Source: Terriglobia bacterium
Lineage (GTDB): Bacteria; Acidobacteriota; Polarisedimenticolia; Polarisedimenticolales; JAIQFR01
Length of the DNA stretch: 64,000 bases
NCBI GenBank assembly: GCA_963748015.1
Contig: CAVVHE010000008.1
Coordinates: forward strand, 736,001 to 800,000
Direction of reading: 5' to 3'
Shown: piece after piece, positions 31,060 through 43,998 of the stretch
How the letters are laid out: every line of letters begins with the position of its first letter
Position numbering within the stretch: the first letter of the stretch is position 1
Notes under the pieces: model-generated
The model's database searches: none
Told to the model about the DNA's origin: nothing
The model's input: only the letters and a program-made list of their open reading frames with translations
Program-made: the position numbers and the translations under genes

Positions 31060-33798
31060 GTGACCCGTTGCCCCTCGTGCTCCGCGGAAAATCCCGCCGA
31101 CGGCAACTTCTGCTCCGTCTGCGGCGCGCCGCTGCGAGAGACCTCCTCGACGCCGACCGTCACGTCCATCGGGACGGGTGAGAGCGGGCCGTCGCTTCCG
31201 GGGACCCCTCCCGCGCACCGCTCTCCGACGCTCGCAGGGCGCCTGGCGTCGGGCGAGGCGATGGAGTCGGCCCGCTTCCTTCCCGGTGTCGTGCTGGCAG
31301 GCCGCTACCGGGTGATCGGCCTCATCGGCCGCGGCGGGATGGGGGAGATCTACCGGGCCGACGACCTGAAACTGGGCCAGCCCGTCGCGCTCAAGTTCCT
31401 CCCCGAGGCCTTGGCGCACGACCCGTCCTGGCTCTCGCGCTTCCACGCCGAGGTCCGGATCGCGCGGCAGGTCTCGCACCCGAACGTCTGCCGCGTGTAC
31501 GACATCGGCGAGGTGGGTCCGCAGGCAGGCTCAGGACAGGGCCAGCACTACTTCACGATGGAGTACGTGGACGGCGAAGACCTCGCCTCGCTGCTCCGCC
31601 GCATCGGGAGGCTCCCGCGCGACAAGGCGCTCGAGATCGCGCGCCAGCTCTGCGCCGGGCTCGCCGCGGCGCACGAGCGCGGCGTTCTTCATCGCGATCT
31701 GAAGCCGGCCAACGTCATGATCGACGGGCGGGGCAGGGCCCGCCTGGCGGATTTCGGGATCGCCGGGCTCGCGGCGTCGGGCGAGGGCCCGGCGAAACGG
31801 GCGGGGACGCCGGCCTACATGGCGCCGGAGCAACTGGCGGGCGGCGAGGCGACGGTCCGGAGCGACCTCTACGCGCTCGGGCTCGTGCTCTACGAGACGT
31901 TCACGGGCAAGCCGGCGTTCGAGGCCGATACCCTCGCGGACCTCAAGCGCCTCCAGCAGTCCACGATCCCCGAGAGCCCGTCGCAGCTCCACGAGGAGAT
32001 CGAGCCGGCCATCGAGAGAGTGATTCTGCGCTGCCTCGCGAACGATCCCGCGGACCGCCCGGCCTCGGCGCTCGCGGTGTCGGCGGCGCTCCCCGGCGGC
32101 GATCCGCTGGCCGCGGCCCTCGCCGCGGGCGAGACCCCGTCCCCGGACATGGTGGCTGCCGCCGGGGCCGAGGGCACGCTGCGCCCCGCCGTCGCCTGGA
32201 GCGTGTTCGCGGGGTTCGTTCTCTGCGTCGCTCTCCTCGCCGTCCTGTCCGGCAAGACGGCGTTGCTCCACCGTGTGCCGTTCGAGAAGCCCGCGGACGC
32301 CCTGGTGGACCGCGCGCAGGAGGCCCTTCTGAAGGCCGGCGTCACCGGCGCGCCCGGGGACCGCGCGTGGGGTTTCCTGCAGCCGGACGACGTCCTGAGC
32401 TGGCTCGAGAAGCGGGACAAGTCGTCGACGAGGTGGTCGCAGCTTTCGACCGGACGGCTCGGCGCGGTCGGCTTCTGGTACAGGCGAAGCCCGAAACGGC
32501 TCGAGTCGCTCGCGACAACCGGCCAGGTGACCCGCGATCTGCCGCCTCAGGACGTCCCCGGAATGGCGAGCGTCCTTCTCGACGAGCGGGGGAGGCTGCT
32601 GGAGCTCCGCATCGTTCCCACCCGCGAGGACGGGACGGGCCAGCCTGGGCGGCCGCCCGACTGGGACGTGCTGTTCGGGGCGGCCGGCCTCGAGCCCGCG
32701 GCCTTCACGACGGACGCCCCCGCGTGGCTTCCCCCGATGTACGCCGACCTCCGCACCGCCTGGAAAGGGACCAGTCCGGATCTGCCCGGTGTCGAGCTGC
32801 GGGTCGAGGCCGCCGCATACCTCGGCCGGCCGGTGTACTTCAAGGTGATCGCCCCGTGGACCCCACCGGATGCCGCGGGCGGCGCCGGATCCGAGGGCTC
32901 CCGGAGCCTCCCCGAGGCCTTTGCCGCGTTCCTCCTTCTCGTCGGGCTGGGCTTCGCGCTGTTCCGGGCCCGCCACAATCTCCGCTCCGGCCGCGGCGAC
33001 CTCCGCGGCGCCACGCGAATGGCGCTGGTGGTCGTGGCCCTCTACCTCCTCCAGTGGGCGCTCGTCGCGCATCACCAGGCATCCGTGGCCGACGAGTTCG
33101 CCTCGTTCGTGCGGGGATCCGGAATGGCGCTCTTCGTCGGCGCGTTCATCTGGCTGCTGTACCTGGCCCTCGAGCCCGCGGTGCGCAAGTTGTGGCCCGG
33201 AACGCTGGTCGCGTGGAGCCGGCTGCTGGTGGGGAGGTTCCGCGATCCGCTCGTGGGTCGCGACCTCCTGATCGCGGGGGCGCTCGGAGCGGCGCTTTCG
33301 CTTATAGGGCCGCTCGAGAACCTCGCGATCGGATGGCTCGGACTCTCGCCCGCCCGCCCCATCCAGGCGAACGTGGAGGCGCTCCGCTCGATCCGGCAGT
33401 TCCTGGCGCATCTCTTCAGGATGCCGACGTCGGCGCTGCTCGGCCCGATGCTCCTCCTGTTCCTCATCCTGGGGCTGCGCGCCCTGCTGCGAAAGCAGTG
33501 GCTCGCCGTCACGGTGGCGGCCCTGGTCTTCCTGCCGATCGTCGCGCTGGGCGAGCACCCCGCGGTGGACGCGGCGTTCGCGCTGGCCGCCATCGCATGC
33601 CAGATGTTCATTCTCCTGCGCCTGGGGCTCCACGCCCTGATCGTGACCGCCACGGTCAGCCTGCTCCTGACGACCGTCCCGCTCACCGCCGATCCCTCGG
33701 CCTGGTACTCCGGATACTCGATGGTGGCGATGGCGATCGCCGTCGCCGTGGGGGCCTACGGCCTGACGCTCACCACGCGGGGCGCTCGAGGCGCCTGA
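31060..33798 (+). CDS. Membrane Ser/Thr protein kinase (zinc ribbon, kinase, extracytoplasmic domain, multi-TM C-terminus)
   Basis: CPSC..CSVC, then GRGGMG, VALK, HRDLKPAN, DFG and GTPAYMAPE. Hydrophobic segments follow the kinase domain. Confidence 0.9.
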   Translation: MTRCPSCSAENPADGNFCSVCGAPLRETSSTPTVTSIGTGESGPSLPGTPPAHRSPTLAGRLASGEAMESARFLPGVVLAGRYRVIGLIGRGGMGEIYRADDLKLGQPVALKFLPEALAHDPSWLSRFHAEVRIARQVSHPNVCRVYDIGEVGPQAGSGQGQHYFTMEYVDGEDLASLLRRIGRLPRDKALEIARQLCAGLAAAHERGVLHRDLKPANVMIDGRGRARLADFGIAGLAASGEGPAKRAGTPAYMAPEQLAGGEATVRSDLYALGLVLYETFTGKPAFEADTLADLKRLQQSTIPESPSQLHEEIEPAIERVILRCLANDPADRPASALAVSAALPGGDPLAAALAAGETPSPDMVAAAGAEGTLRPAVAWSVFAGFVLCVALLAVLSGKTALLHRVPFEKPADALVDRAQEALLKAGVTGAPGDRAWGFLQPDDVLSWLEKRDKSSTRWSQLSTGRLGAVGFWYRRSPKRLESLATTGQVTRDLPPQDVPGMASVLLDERGRLLELRIVPTREDGTGQPGRPPDWDVLFGAAGLEPAAFTTDAPAWLPPMYADLRTAWKGTSPDLPGVELRVEAAAYLGRPVYFKVIAPWTPPDAAGGAGSEGSRSLPEAFAAFLLLVGLGFALFRARHNLRSGRGDLRGATRMALVVVALYLLQWALVAHHQASVADEFASFVRGSGMALFVGAFIWLLYLALEPAVRKLWPGTLVAWSRLLVGRFRDPLVGRDLLIAGALGAALSLIGPLENLAIGWLGLSPARPIQANVEALRSIRQFLAHLFRMPTSALLGPMLLLFLILGLRALLRKQWLAVTVAALVFLPIVALGEHPAVDAAFALAAIACQMFILLRLGLHALIVTATVSLLLTTVPLTADPSAWYSGYSMVAMAIAVAVGAYGLTLTTRGARGA

Positions 33799-33878
33799 GA
33801 CGACGGCCTGCTAGACTTGGTTTCGCCGGGCGTCCAGCCGAGACGGCGGGCGACCCGCGGGAAAGAGAGGCACGATCC

Positions 33879-34268
33879 ATGACCCGCGAGATGCTTCGAG
33901 CCAAGGTCCACAGGATCACGGTGACGGAGCGGAACGTCGAGTACGAGGGCAGCCTGACCCTCGACGCCGCGCTGATGGAAGCCGGCGACATGATCCCGTT
34001 CGAGCGCGTCGAGATCTACGACGTGGACAACGGGAACCGCTTCGCCACGTACCTCATCGAGGGGGAGCGGGGAAGCGGCGCCTGCTGCGTCAACGGCGCC
34101 GCCGCCCGCCTCGTCGAGGTGGGGCACAAGCTCATCCTGGCCTGCTACTGCGCCGTGGACGAGTCCGCGGCGCGGGGCCACCGCCCGAAGGTCGTGCTCG
34201 TGGACTCCCGGAACCGCCTGTCGGCCGTGAAGGACCACGAGGGCGCGGGAGTGCGCGTCGGCGTCTGA
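33879..34268 (+). CDS. panD: Aspartate 1-decarboxylase
   Basis: KVHR..VT, YEGSLTLD (G-S autocleavage site), NGNRFATY and NGAAARL motifs. Confidence 0.95.
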   Translation: MTREMLRAKVHRITVTERNVEYEGSLTLDAALMEAGDMIPFERVEIYDVDNGNRFATYLIEGERGSGACCVNGAAARLVEVGHKLILACYCAVDESAARGHRPKVVLVDSRNRLSAVKDHEGAGVRVGV

Positions 34269-34287
34269 GTCTCCAACAGGACGTGGG

Positions 34288-35640
34288 TCAGGACGTTCCT
34301 GCGACGCTCAGCTCGCGCAGCAAGACGGACGGCGACCCTCCGCCCCCGGGGAAGAGCCTGAGGTCGGAGCCGGCCACCTCGATCGACGACAGCAGGGCGA
34401 GGAAGTTCCCCGAGAACGCGAGCTGGTCGACGGGGGCGCCCGCTCGCCCGTTCTCGATCGCCCGCCCGCTCCCGCCGAGCGAGAAGTCGCCGGTCACGGG
34501 GTCCACCGTGTGGAGCCCCATCACCTCCGTGATCAGGATCCCCCGGCCGGCCCGCTCGAGAAGCGCCTCGGCGGGCGACTCCCCGGGCAGCAGCAGCAGG
34601 TTCATCGGACCGATCTGGGGCGGGCCGCCGTACGAGGGACGAAGGGCGTTCCCGGCCCTGCCGCTACCGTGCTTCAACGACGAGTAGGTGTCGTGGAGGT
34701 AGCCGCGGAGCTCTCCCTCCTCTATCAGGACCGTCCGGTGGGTCGCCAGCCCCTCGCCGTCCGCCGGCGCGCTGCCGCATCCGCCGGGAAGCCGAGGATC
34801 GTCCACCAGCGTCACCGCCCGCGACGCGACGGCCTGGCCGGCCCGTCGCGCGAGAAACGACGTTCCCTTCAGCGCGCGGCGCCCCGAGAACGCCGGCGCG
34901 AGCGCGTCGAGCAGCCCCCCCATCACCTCGCGGTCGAGCACCGCAGGGATGCGGGCGGTCTTCCCCGGCGCGCTTCCGAGCTTCAGGAGGGCCCTTCTTG
35001 CGGCCTCGCGGCCGACGGCCAGGGGATCGATCTCGTCCGACGCGAGCGCGAACTCCGCGTGATACCCGGTCTGGGACGCGCCGTCCTCGGTCGCGGCGAG
35101 ATCCACCCATGCCACGCCGCGGCTGAACCGGTACCCGGCGTCGACGCCGGCCGTGCTGGCGACGCGGACGTCGCCCCGGACGTCGGTGACCACCGCCTGC
35201 CGCGACCGCCGGACCCGCGGGTCCACGGCAAGGGCGGCCGCCTCGATGGCCCGGGCCATCTCGATCCGGCGCGGCATGGCGAGCGATCCCTCCCACTCCC
35301 GCGAGTTCGAGAAGGGCAGCGGCGGAACCGGCTCCGGCAGGGGCAGCCTCCACGCCTCGTCCGGCGTCGAATGCCCCGCGATCTCGCGGGCCAGGGCGAC
35401 CGCGTCGCGCACCGCATCGGGCGAGAGGTCGGTCGTGAAGGCGAAACCGACTCGCCCGTCGAGGAATACGCGCAGCCCGATGCCGCGCTCCTCGCGCTCC
35501 TCGACGCTCTCGAGCCGCCCCTCGCTGACCGCCACCTTCGCTCGATGGCCGGACTCCGCGTAGACCTCCCCGCCGAGTCCGAGGTCGCGGAAGACCTCGA
35601 GCGCCGTGGCGACGGCGGGGTCGCTGTCGCGGCCGCTCAC
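34288..35640 (-). CDS. pmbA: TldE/PmbA family protein
   Basis: GIGLRV..GRVGFA, VTLVDDP, DGEG, LI.EG.L..YL.D and TGDFS motifs, with no HExxxH. The GTG start overlaps the tldD stop. Confidence 0.88.
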   Translation of the reverse strand: MSGRDSDPAVATALEVFRDLGLGGEVYAESGHRAKVAVSEGRLESVEEREERGIGLRVFLDGRVGFAFTTDLSPDAVRDAVALAREIAGHSTPDEAWRLPLPEPVPPLPFSNSREWEGSLAMPRRIEMARAIEAAALAVDPRVRRSRQAVVTDVRGDVRVASTAGVDAGYRFSRGVAWVDLAATEDGASQTGYHAEFALASDEIDPLAVGREAARRALLKLGSAPGKTARIPAVLDREVMGGLLDALAPAFSGRRALKGTSFLARRAGQAVASRAVTLVDDPRLPGGCGSAPADGEGLATHRTVLIEEGELRGYLHDTYSSLKHGSGRAGNALRPSYGGPPQIGPMNLLLLPGESPAEALLERAGRGILITEVMGLHTVDPVTGDFSLGGSGRAIENGRAGAPVDQLAFSGNFLALLSSIEVAGSDLRLFPGGGGSPSVLLRELSVAGTS

Positions 35641-37025
35641 GGCGCCGTCCCCCCGACCACGATCCCGGGGATGCGGAGGGTCGGCTGCGCGTCCGCCACG
35701 GGAACCCCCTGGCCTTCCTTCCCGCACGTTCCCACCTGGTAGCCCAGGTCGCGGCCGACGCGGTCGACCCGGAGGAGCACGTCGGGGCCGTTGCCGGTCA
35801 GCATCACGTCCCTCAGCGGCTCGGCGACCTTCCCGCCGCGGATCCGGTACGCCTCCGTGCAGTGGAAGACGAAGTTGCCGGAAGTGGTGTCCACCTCGCC
35901 GCCGCCCATGTCGGTCACGAAGATCCCGTCCTCGACCGACGCGACGATCTCGTCGGGATCGTCGCCTCCGGGCGCGATGATCGTGTTGCGCATCCGCGGG
36001 ATCGGGAGGTGGCGGAACGATTCGCGGCGGCCGTTGCCGGTGGGCTCTTCCCCCAGCTTCGCGGCGGTCCGGCGCGAGTGGAGGAACCCCTTGAGGATTC
36101 CGTTCTCGATCAGGACGGTCCGGCGCGACGGCGTTCCCTCGTCGTCGATCGCGAACGAGCCGCGCTTCCCCGGGATCGTCCCGTCGTCCACGACGGTCAC
36201 GAGGGACGACGCGACCTTCTGGCCGACCTTTCCTGCATACACCGACAGCCCCTTGATCGCGAAGTCCCCCTCGAGGCCGTGGCCGCACGCCTCGTGGACC
36301 ATCGTTCCCCCGGCCTTCGAGGAGAGCACGACGGTGAAGGTCCCGGCGGGGGCGGGGGCCGCCCCGAGCTGGAGGCACGCCATGCGGGCCGCGTCGCGCC
36401 CGAGCTCCTCGGGCGGGGTACGCTCGGTGAGCTCGAAGCCGCACGTTCCCGACGCGACCTTGAGCGCGGTGCGCACGAGGTCGCCTTCCTTCGCGACCAC
36501 CGAGACGAGAAGCGTCGTGTAGACGTTGCGGTCGGTCGTGTAGAGGCCGTCGGAATTCGCGACGAGGACGCGGCGCTCGCTGTCCCGGTAGCGCGCGCTC
36601 ACCTGCGCGACGCGCGGGTCGAAGGCGCGGGCGGCGACGTCCGCGCGCTCGAGAAGCGCCACCTTGGCGTCCATGGGGACCGATGCCGGCTCGATCTCGA
36701 CGGTCGAGACCGAGCGGGCGGCAGCAGGTTCCATCGCGGGCACCCCGCGAGGAGGGAGTCCGTGGGGGAGGGCGGACGCGAGGCCGGACGCGAGGCGAAG
36801 CAGGCTATCCGGCGAGAGATCGTTCCCGCTGGCGAAGAGCGTCTCCTCGCCGCGGACGAGCCGGAGGCCCGCGCCCCCCTCCCGGCCGGCGGCGGCCTCG
36901 TCAAGCGTGAGGTTCTCCCAGGAGAGCCCGACGCCGCGCACCGACTCGGCGTAGAGCTCCGCGAAGTCGCCGCCGCGGGAGAGCAGCTCGGCGAGCACGC
37001 GACGCACGGTATCGGCAGGGATCAA
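35637..37025 (-). CDS. tldD: TldD metalloprotease
   Basis: GGDFAELYAE, HEACGHGLEGD, DDEG, GNGRRES..PIPRMRNT and CGKEGQGVPV motifs. Confidence 0.93.
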   Translation of the reverse strand: MIPADTVRRVLAELLSRGGDFAELYAESVRGVGLSWENLTLDEAAAGREGGAGLRLVRGEETLFASGNDLSPDSLLRLASGLASALPHGLPPRGVPAMEPAAARSVSTVEIEPASVPMDAKVALLERADVAARAFDPRVAQVSARYRDSERRVLVANSDGLYTTDRNVYTTLLVSVVAKEGDLVRTALKVASGTCGFELTERTPPEELGRDAARMACLQLGAAPAPAGTFTVVLSSKAGGTMVHEACGHGLEGDFAIKGLSVYAGKVGQKVASSLVTVVDDGTIPGKRGSFAIDDEGTPSRRTVLIENGILKGFLHSRRTAAKLGEEPTGNGRRESFRHLPIPRMRNTIIAPGGDDPDEIVASVEDGIFVTDMGGGEVDTTSGNFVFHCTEAYRIRGGKVAEPLRDVMLTGNGPDVLLRVDRVGRDLGYQVGTCGKEGQGVPVADAQPTLRIPGIVVGGTAP

Positions 37026-37075
37026 TGGAGCCTCCGAGGCGAAACGGCGAGTATATCAGCGGGCGGGGACGGGGA

Positions 37076-37738
37076 TCAGGACGGGGAGGCTCCGGGAGCG
37101 CCGAAGGTCCGCTCGAAATCCCGGAGGAGAGCCGCATGGACCCGCTCCGCCTCGCGGCGCGTCTCGCGCAGCGTGGTCTCGGTGTCGATCACGTAGTCCG
37201 CGACGGCGAGCTTCGCCTCGAGCGGCGCCTGCGACTCGATCCTCGCCAGCGCCTCCTCCGGGCCCATCCCCTCCCGCGCCAGGAGACGTTGCAGCTGCGC
37301 CTCCCGGCTGCAGCGCACCACGATCAGCTTGTGGAGCGAGCGGTAGAACCCCGACTCGACCAGGAGCGCGGCGTCCACGATGGCGATCGGGGAGTGCCCC
37401 ACCGCCGCGTAGAGGAGCACGCGCCGCTCGATCTCCTCGGCCACGAGGGGGTGCGTCAGGGCGTTCAGCGCCTCGCGCGCCCCGGGATCGCCGAACACGA
37501 TCCCGGCCAGGGCGGACCGCCTGATCCTCCCCGACGCATCGAGGAGCTCGCGCCCGAACCGCTCGACCACCGCGTCGTACGCGGCGCCTCCGGGCTCCAA
37601 GATCGCGTGGGCGATCCGGTCGGCGTCGATCCGGTACGCGCCGAGCTCCTCGAAGAACGCCGCGACCGTCGTCTTCCCCGAGGCGATTCCTCCCGTGAGC
37701 CCCGCGCGCAGGACCGGCCGCGAGGGGGCGCCGCTCAT
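37076..37738 (-). CDS. coaE: Dephospho-CoA kinase
   Basis: [30 protein letters not shown] and ADYVID motifs. Confidence 0.94.
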   Translation of the reverse strand: MSGAPSRPVLRAGLTGGIASGKTTVAAFFEELGAYRIDADRIAHAILEPGGAAYDAVVERFGRELLDASGRIRRSALAGIVFGDPGAREALNALTHPLVAEEIERRVLLYAAVGHSPIAIVDAALLVESGFYRSLHKLIVVRCSREAQLQRLLAREGMGPEEALARIESQAPLEAKLAVADYVIDTETTLRETRREAERVHAALLRDFERTFGAPGASPS

Positions 37739-38679
37739 CCTCGCGGGTCCCCGGCGGCGAGCCTCGCCGCGTCGAGCGCGTTCCGGAGGAGGAGGGCGAT
37801 GGTGAGGGGGCCGACGCCGCCGGGAACCGGGGTCAGCCAGCCCGCGCGCGCGGCGGCCTCGACGGGGTGGACGTCCCCCGCGAGTGTCGAGCCGCGCTCT
37901 CTCACGGTCCGGAGCCGGCCCTCGTCGTCCCCGAAGATCCTGCGGCACTCCGCCTCGTCCGAGATCGCGTGGATCCCGACGTCCACGACGACGGCGCCCG
38001 GCTTGATGTACTCGCCGGTGACCATCGCGGGCTTGCCGCCGATCGCCGCCACGAGGAGGTCGGCCTCGCGCGCGATCGCGGGGAGGTCGCGCGTCCGCGA
38101 GTGGCAGATCGTGACCGTGCAGTGCTCCCGGAGGAGCAGGACGGAGATCGGCTTGCCGACGATGTTGCTGCGGCCGATCACCACGGCGCGCTTTCCCACG
38201 AGGCCGATGCCGCTCCGCTTCAGCAGCTCGACGATCCCCGCGGGGGTGCATGGGACGAAGCCGGGGAGGCCGATGAGGAGGCGCCCCGCGTTCACCGGGT
38301 GCAGGCCGTCCACGTCCTTGTCCGGGGCGATCGTCTCGATCACGCGGTGCTCGTCCACGTGGCCCGGCAAGGGGAGCTGGACCAGGATCCCGTGGACGTT
38401 CGGGTCCTCGTTGAGCTGCTCCACGGTCGCGATGACGTCGTCCTCCGGCGCGGTCGCGGGCAGGCGGACGACCGCCGAGCTCATCCCGGCCTCGCGCGCC
38501 GACTTCTCCTTGCTCCGGACGTAGACCTGGGAGGCGGGGTTCTCGCCGACCAGGACGACGGTCAGCCCGGGGACCACGCCGCGCTCCTCGAGGAGCCGCG
38601 CGCACCCTTCCGCCACCTCGCGGCGGATGTCCGCCGCCACCGCCTTGCCGTCGAGACGCCGTGCTCCTTCGCCGTCCAC
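37735..38679 (-). CDS. folD: Methylenetetrahydrofolate dehydrogenase/cyclohydrolase
   Basis: [38 protein letters not shown] and [11 protein letters not shown] motifs. Confidence 0.96.
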   Translation of the reverse strand: MDGEGARRLDGKAVAADIRREVAEGCARLLEERGVVPGLTVVLVGENPASQVYVRSKEKSAREAGMSSAVVRLPATAPEDDVIATVEQLNEDPNVHGILVQLPLPGHVDEHRVIETIAPDKDVDGLHPVNAGRLLIGLPGFVPCTPAGIVELLKRSGIGLVGKRAVVIGRSNIVGKPISVLLLREHCTVTICHSRTRDLPAIAREADLLVAAIGGKPAMVTGEYIKPGAVVVDVGIHAISDEAECRRIFGDDEGRLRTVRERGSTLAGDVHPVEAAARAGWLTPVPGGVGPLTIALLLRNALDAARLAAGDPRG

Positions 38680-38694
38680 GTCGTCACCCTCGCG

Positions 38695-39339
38695 TCATTT
38701 CTTGACGAGCCGGTAGGGGGCGCCGAACTCCGCTCCCGAGCCATCCGGGAGCATCATCACGACCTCCATCCGGAACCGTTTCGTTCCGGGCGGGGGAAGC
38801 CGAAACAGCAGGATCCCTTCCGCGACTCCTCCCGGGCGGATCACCCTCTGGCCGTCGAGCAGCAGCGGCTTCGCGCGGGTCTGAAGCGGAGGAACCTCGA
38901 GCCCGAGAAGATCGTACGCCGACTGGATGTCCGGCCAGCCGACGGGATACCAGGCCATGTGGTCGCGAGCGACCATCTGCGTGGAATCGGGCTCGAACAC
39001 CATCTCGCCCTGCCCCTTGTTCTCGATCCGGAGGAGGAACGTCAGGAGACTCGATTTCTGGCCGGGGATCGAGGCGAACGGGTCCTCGCGCGATCCGGTC
39101 CGGCGCTCGACGAAGGCCGGCCGGGTGGCGTCGTCGAGGAGCCGGAGCTCGGCGGAATAGCCGGGCGCCGCGACCCTCCACGCTCCGTCCTCGAAGGGGG
39201 CGGCCCCCTCCGCCCCGGGATCCGGAGCGAACGTCGGGAGGGCCGCCGCGGAACCGCCTCCGTGCAGCGCGGAGGTTGCAAGGACGCAGGCGAGCAAGAA
39301 CGAGAGCGCGGCGCGTGCGACGGAGCATGCCGGTTTCAT
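38695..39339 (-). CDS. Hypothetical exported protein
   Basis: 214-aa ORF with a signal-peptide-like N-terminus, co-oriented with folD. Confidence 0.6.
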   Translation of the reverse strand: MKPACSVARAALSFLLACVLATSALHGGGSAAALPTFAPDPGAEGAAPFEDGAWRVAAPGYSAELRLLDDATRPAFVERRTGSREDPFASIPGQKSSLLTFLLRIENKGQGEMVFEPDSTQMVARDHMAWYPVGWPDIQSAYDLLGLEVPPLQTRAKPLLLDGQRVIRPGGVAEGILLFRLPPPGTKRFRMEVVMMLPDGSGAEFGAPYRLVKK

Positions 39340-39433
39340 GCCCGAAGGATACCACCATGCCCGACCTTTCCCGGATGGCCCGGCGTACCGGCAGCGACTA
39401 GAATGGGGCCTTCAATCGAGGACATCGAGACCC

Positions 39434-42267
<2,834 letters not shown>

Positions 42268-42268
42268 C

Positions 42269-42317
42269 GGAGGGGGCGCCATCACGACAATCTGCATTGC
42301 GTGATGCGCTCTCCCTT
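42269..42317 (+). terminator. Hairpin after uvrA (putative terminator)
   Basis: ggagggggcgccatcacg ... cgtgatgcgctctcc immediately after the stop codon. Confidence 0.45.
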
Positions 42318-42542
42318 GCAAGCCTTGACAGGAGCGGGCAGACAAGAAGAGTATCGCCTCGAATCACGTGGGTCGGGGGTGGTCGGCTTCGACCTAGCCA
42401 AATCGAATCAGCAGATCGGATCGCGGGGAGGAACCTCCCCATCGCCGATCGACTAGGGATCCGCAGGGCACAAAACTGCTCGGAGCAAGAGAAAGGGGAT
42501 ACACTCGGAACAACGGCAACTCGACCGGAAAGGGGGACCGTC

Positions 42543-43271
42543 ATGAAGACGCACCGCGTCACGCTCTTGATCATTCTCTCCGCCCTGGTGTCCGTTCTGT
42601 GCTGGGCGGCGTTGATCAGGACCGTTACGGAGGACTTCGAGGGAACCCTCGCGGATACCGACTGGAGATCGGGCCCCGGAGACGAAATCGCCCCGGACGG
42701 AGGGAATCCGGGCGCGTTCCTTCACAACCCCGCCGCTGTGACCCCGATTCCCGTCATCGCGAATGCGGTGCCCTCCGTTTTCACCGGCCCTTACGGACAG
42801 CAGGGTGTGAGTGATCTCGGCATCGACGTGAACGTGTTCGCGGTGAGCGGCGAGGCAGACAACCGCCCGGTTTCTCTCGGACTGCAGGGCGGCGTGTACA
42901 CGGGAGGCACATGGGTCTCGTGCGAGTTGATATTCCCCGGCACCGAGATGCCGCAGCCCGGCGCGGGATGGAAGTCATACAATTTTGCCGTCCCGGCTTG
43001 GAAGCACCATATGCCTTCAAAAGCGGTCGTCTACGGGCCTTGTGCGAACCTGCCACGCGACGAGGTCTGGAACCAAGTGAAGGGGTGGGTGTACGCAGCG
43101 CGCTTCTACGTGGGCGATCCGGGCGTCTCCTACGAGTCGCAGATCTGGGACATCGGCTTTGACAACGCGAGGATCACCATCGGGAAGCTCGTGGATCACC
43201 TGCGCCACGACGCGCGGTTGGTTTCCGACGGGCCGGTTCCGATGAACGTTGTGCCGGACCCCAACGAGTAG
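42543..43271 (+). CDS. Hypothetical secreted protein (beta-sandwich-like)
   Basis: RBS-like AAGGGGG, a signal peptide, DGGNPGAFL and GFDNARI motifs. Somewhat lower GC than its neighbours. Confidence 0.7.
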   Translation: MKTHRVTLLIILSALVSVLCWAALIRTVTEDFEGTLADTDWRSGPGDEIAPDGGNPGAFLHNPAAVTPIPVIANAVPSVFTGPYGQQGVSDLGIDVNVFAVSGEADNRPVSLGLQGGVYTGGTWVSCELIFPGTEMPQPGAGWKSYNFAVPAWKHHMPSKAVVYGPCANLPRDEVWNQVKGWVYAARFYVGDPGVSYESQIWDIGFDNARITIGKLVDHLRHDARLVSDGPVPMNVVPDPNE

Positions 43272-43500
43272 GAGGCCGCTTGCGGACCAGGCGTCGAGCC
43301 CGACGAGAGGGCCGAGGGCGACTTTCCCCTGTACCGTGCAATCGATTCTATCGGTCGCCCCCGCGACCTAGCTCATCTCGCCTCATCTCATGCGGCTACT
43401 CCGCCTCCACCCCCCGCCAGGAGGCCGCTGACGCTTCGATCAGCTGTTACCGAGCCCCTTCTCTGTTCTGGGTCGACCAACGCCAATAACCGAGCGGCGG

Positions 43501-43860
43501 GGGGCAGGCGGCGACGACCCTCTCCGGCGGTGAGGCGCAGCGCATCAAGCTGTCGAAGGAGCTCTCGCGTCGCGCGACCGGGCGGACGCTCTATCTCCTC
43601 GACGACCCGACGACGGGTCTCCATTTCGACGACATCAAGAAGCTGCTCTCCGTGTTCAACCGCCTCGTGGACCAGGGGAACACCGTCGTCGTCATCGAGC
43701 AGAACCTCGAAGTGATCAAGACTGCCGACTGGGTCCTCGACCTCGGTCCCGAGGGAGGGGACGCCGGCGGCCGGCTCGTCGCCGAGGGGCCCCCGAGAGC
43801 ATCGCAACGGCGAAGGACTCCCGCACCGGCGCCTTCCTGCGCCGCATCCTCGCGGAGTCC
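43501..43860 (+). pseudogene. Duplicated, diverged 3' end of uvrA
   Basis: Aligns to 41886-42246 with one 1-bp gap. No start codon. Walker B DEP is changed to DDP and the H-loop EH to EQ. Confidence 0.93.
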
Positions 43861-43998
43861 GAGGCGGCGGCCCGAGCGCAGGCTCGCCGCGTCAAGGCCG
43901 CGGGTGTTCGCCCGGCGCTTCCAACTCCCGACAGCCAGGTGTTAGGATCCGCGGCAGGTCGAATCATGGGGTGTCCGTTTCGTTTCCAGGAGGATGCC

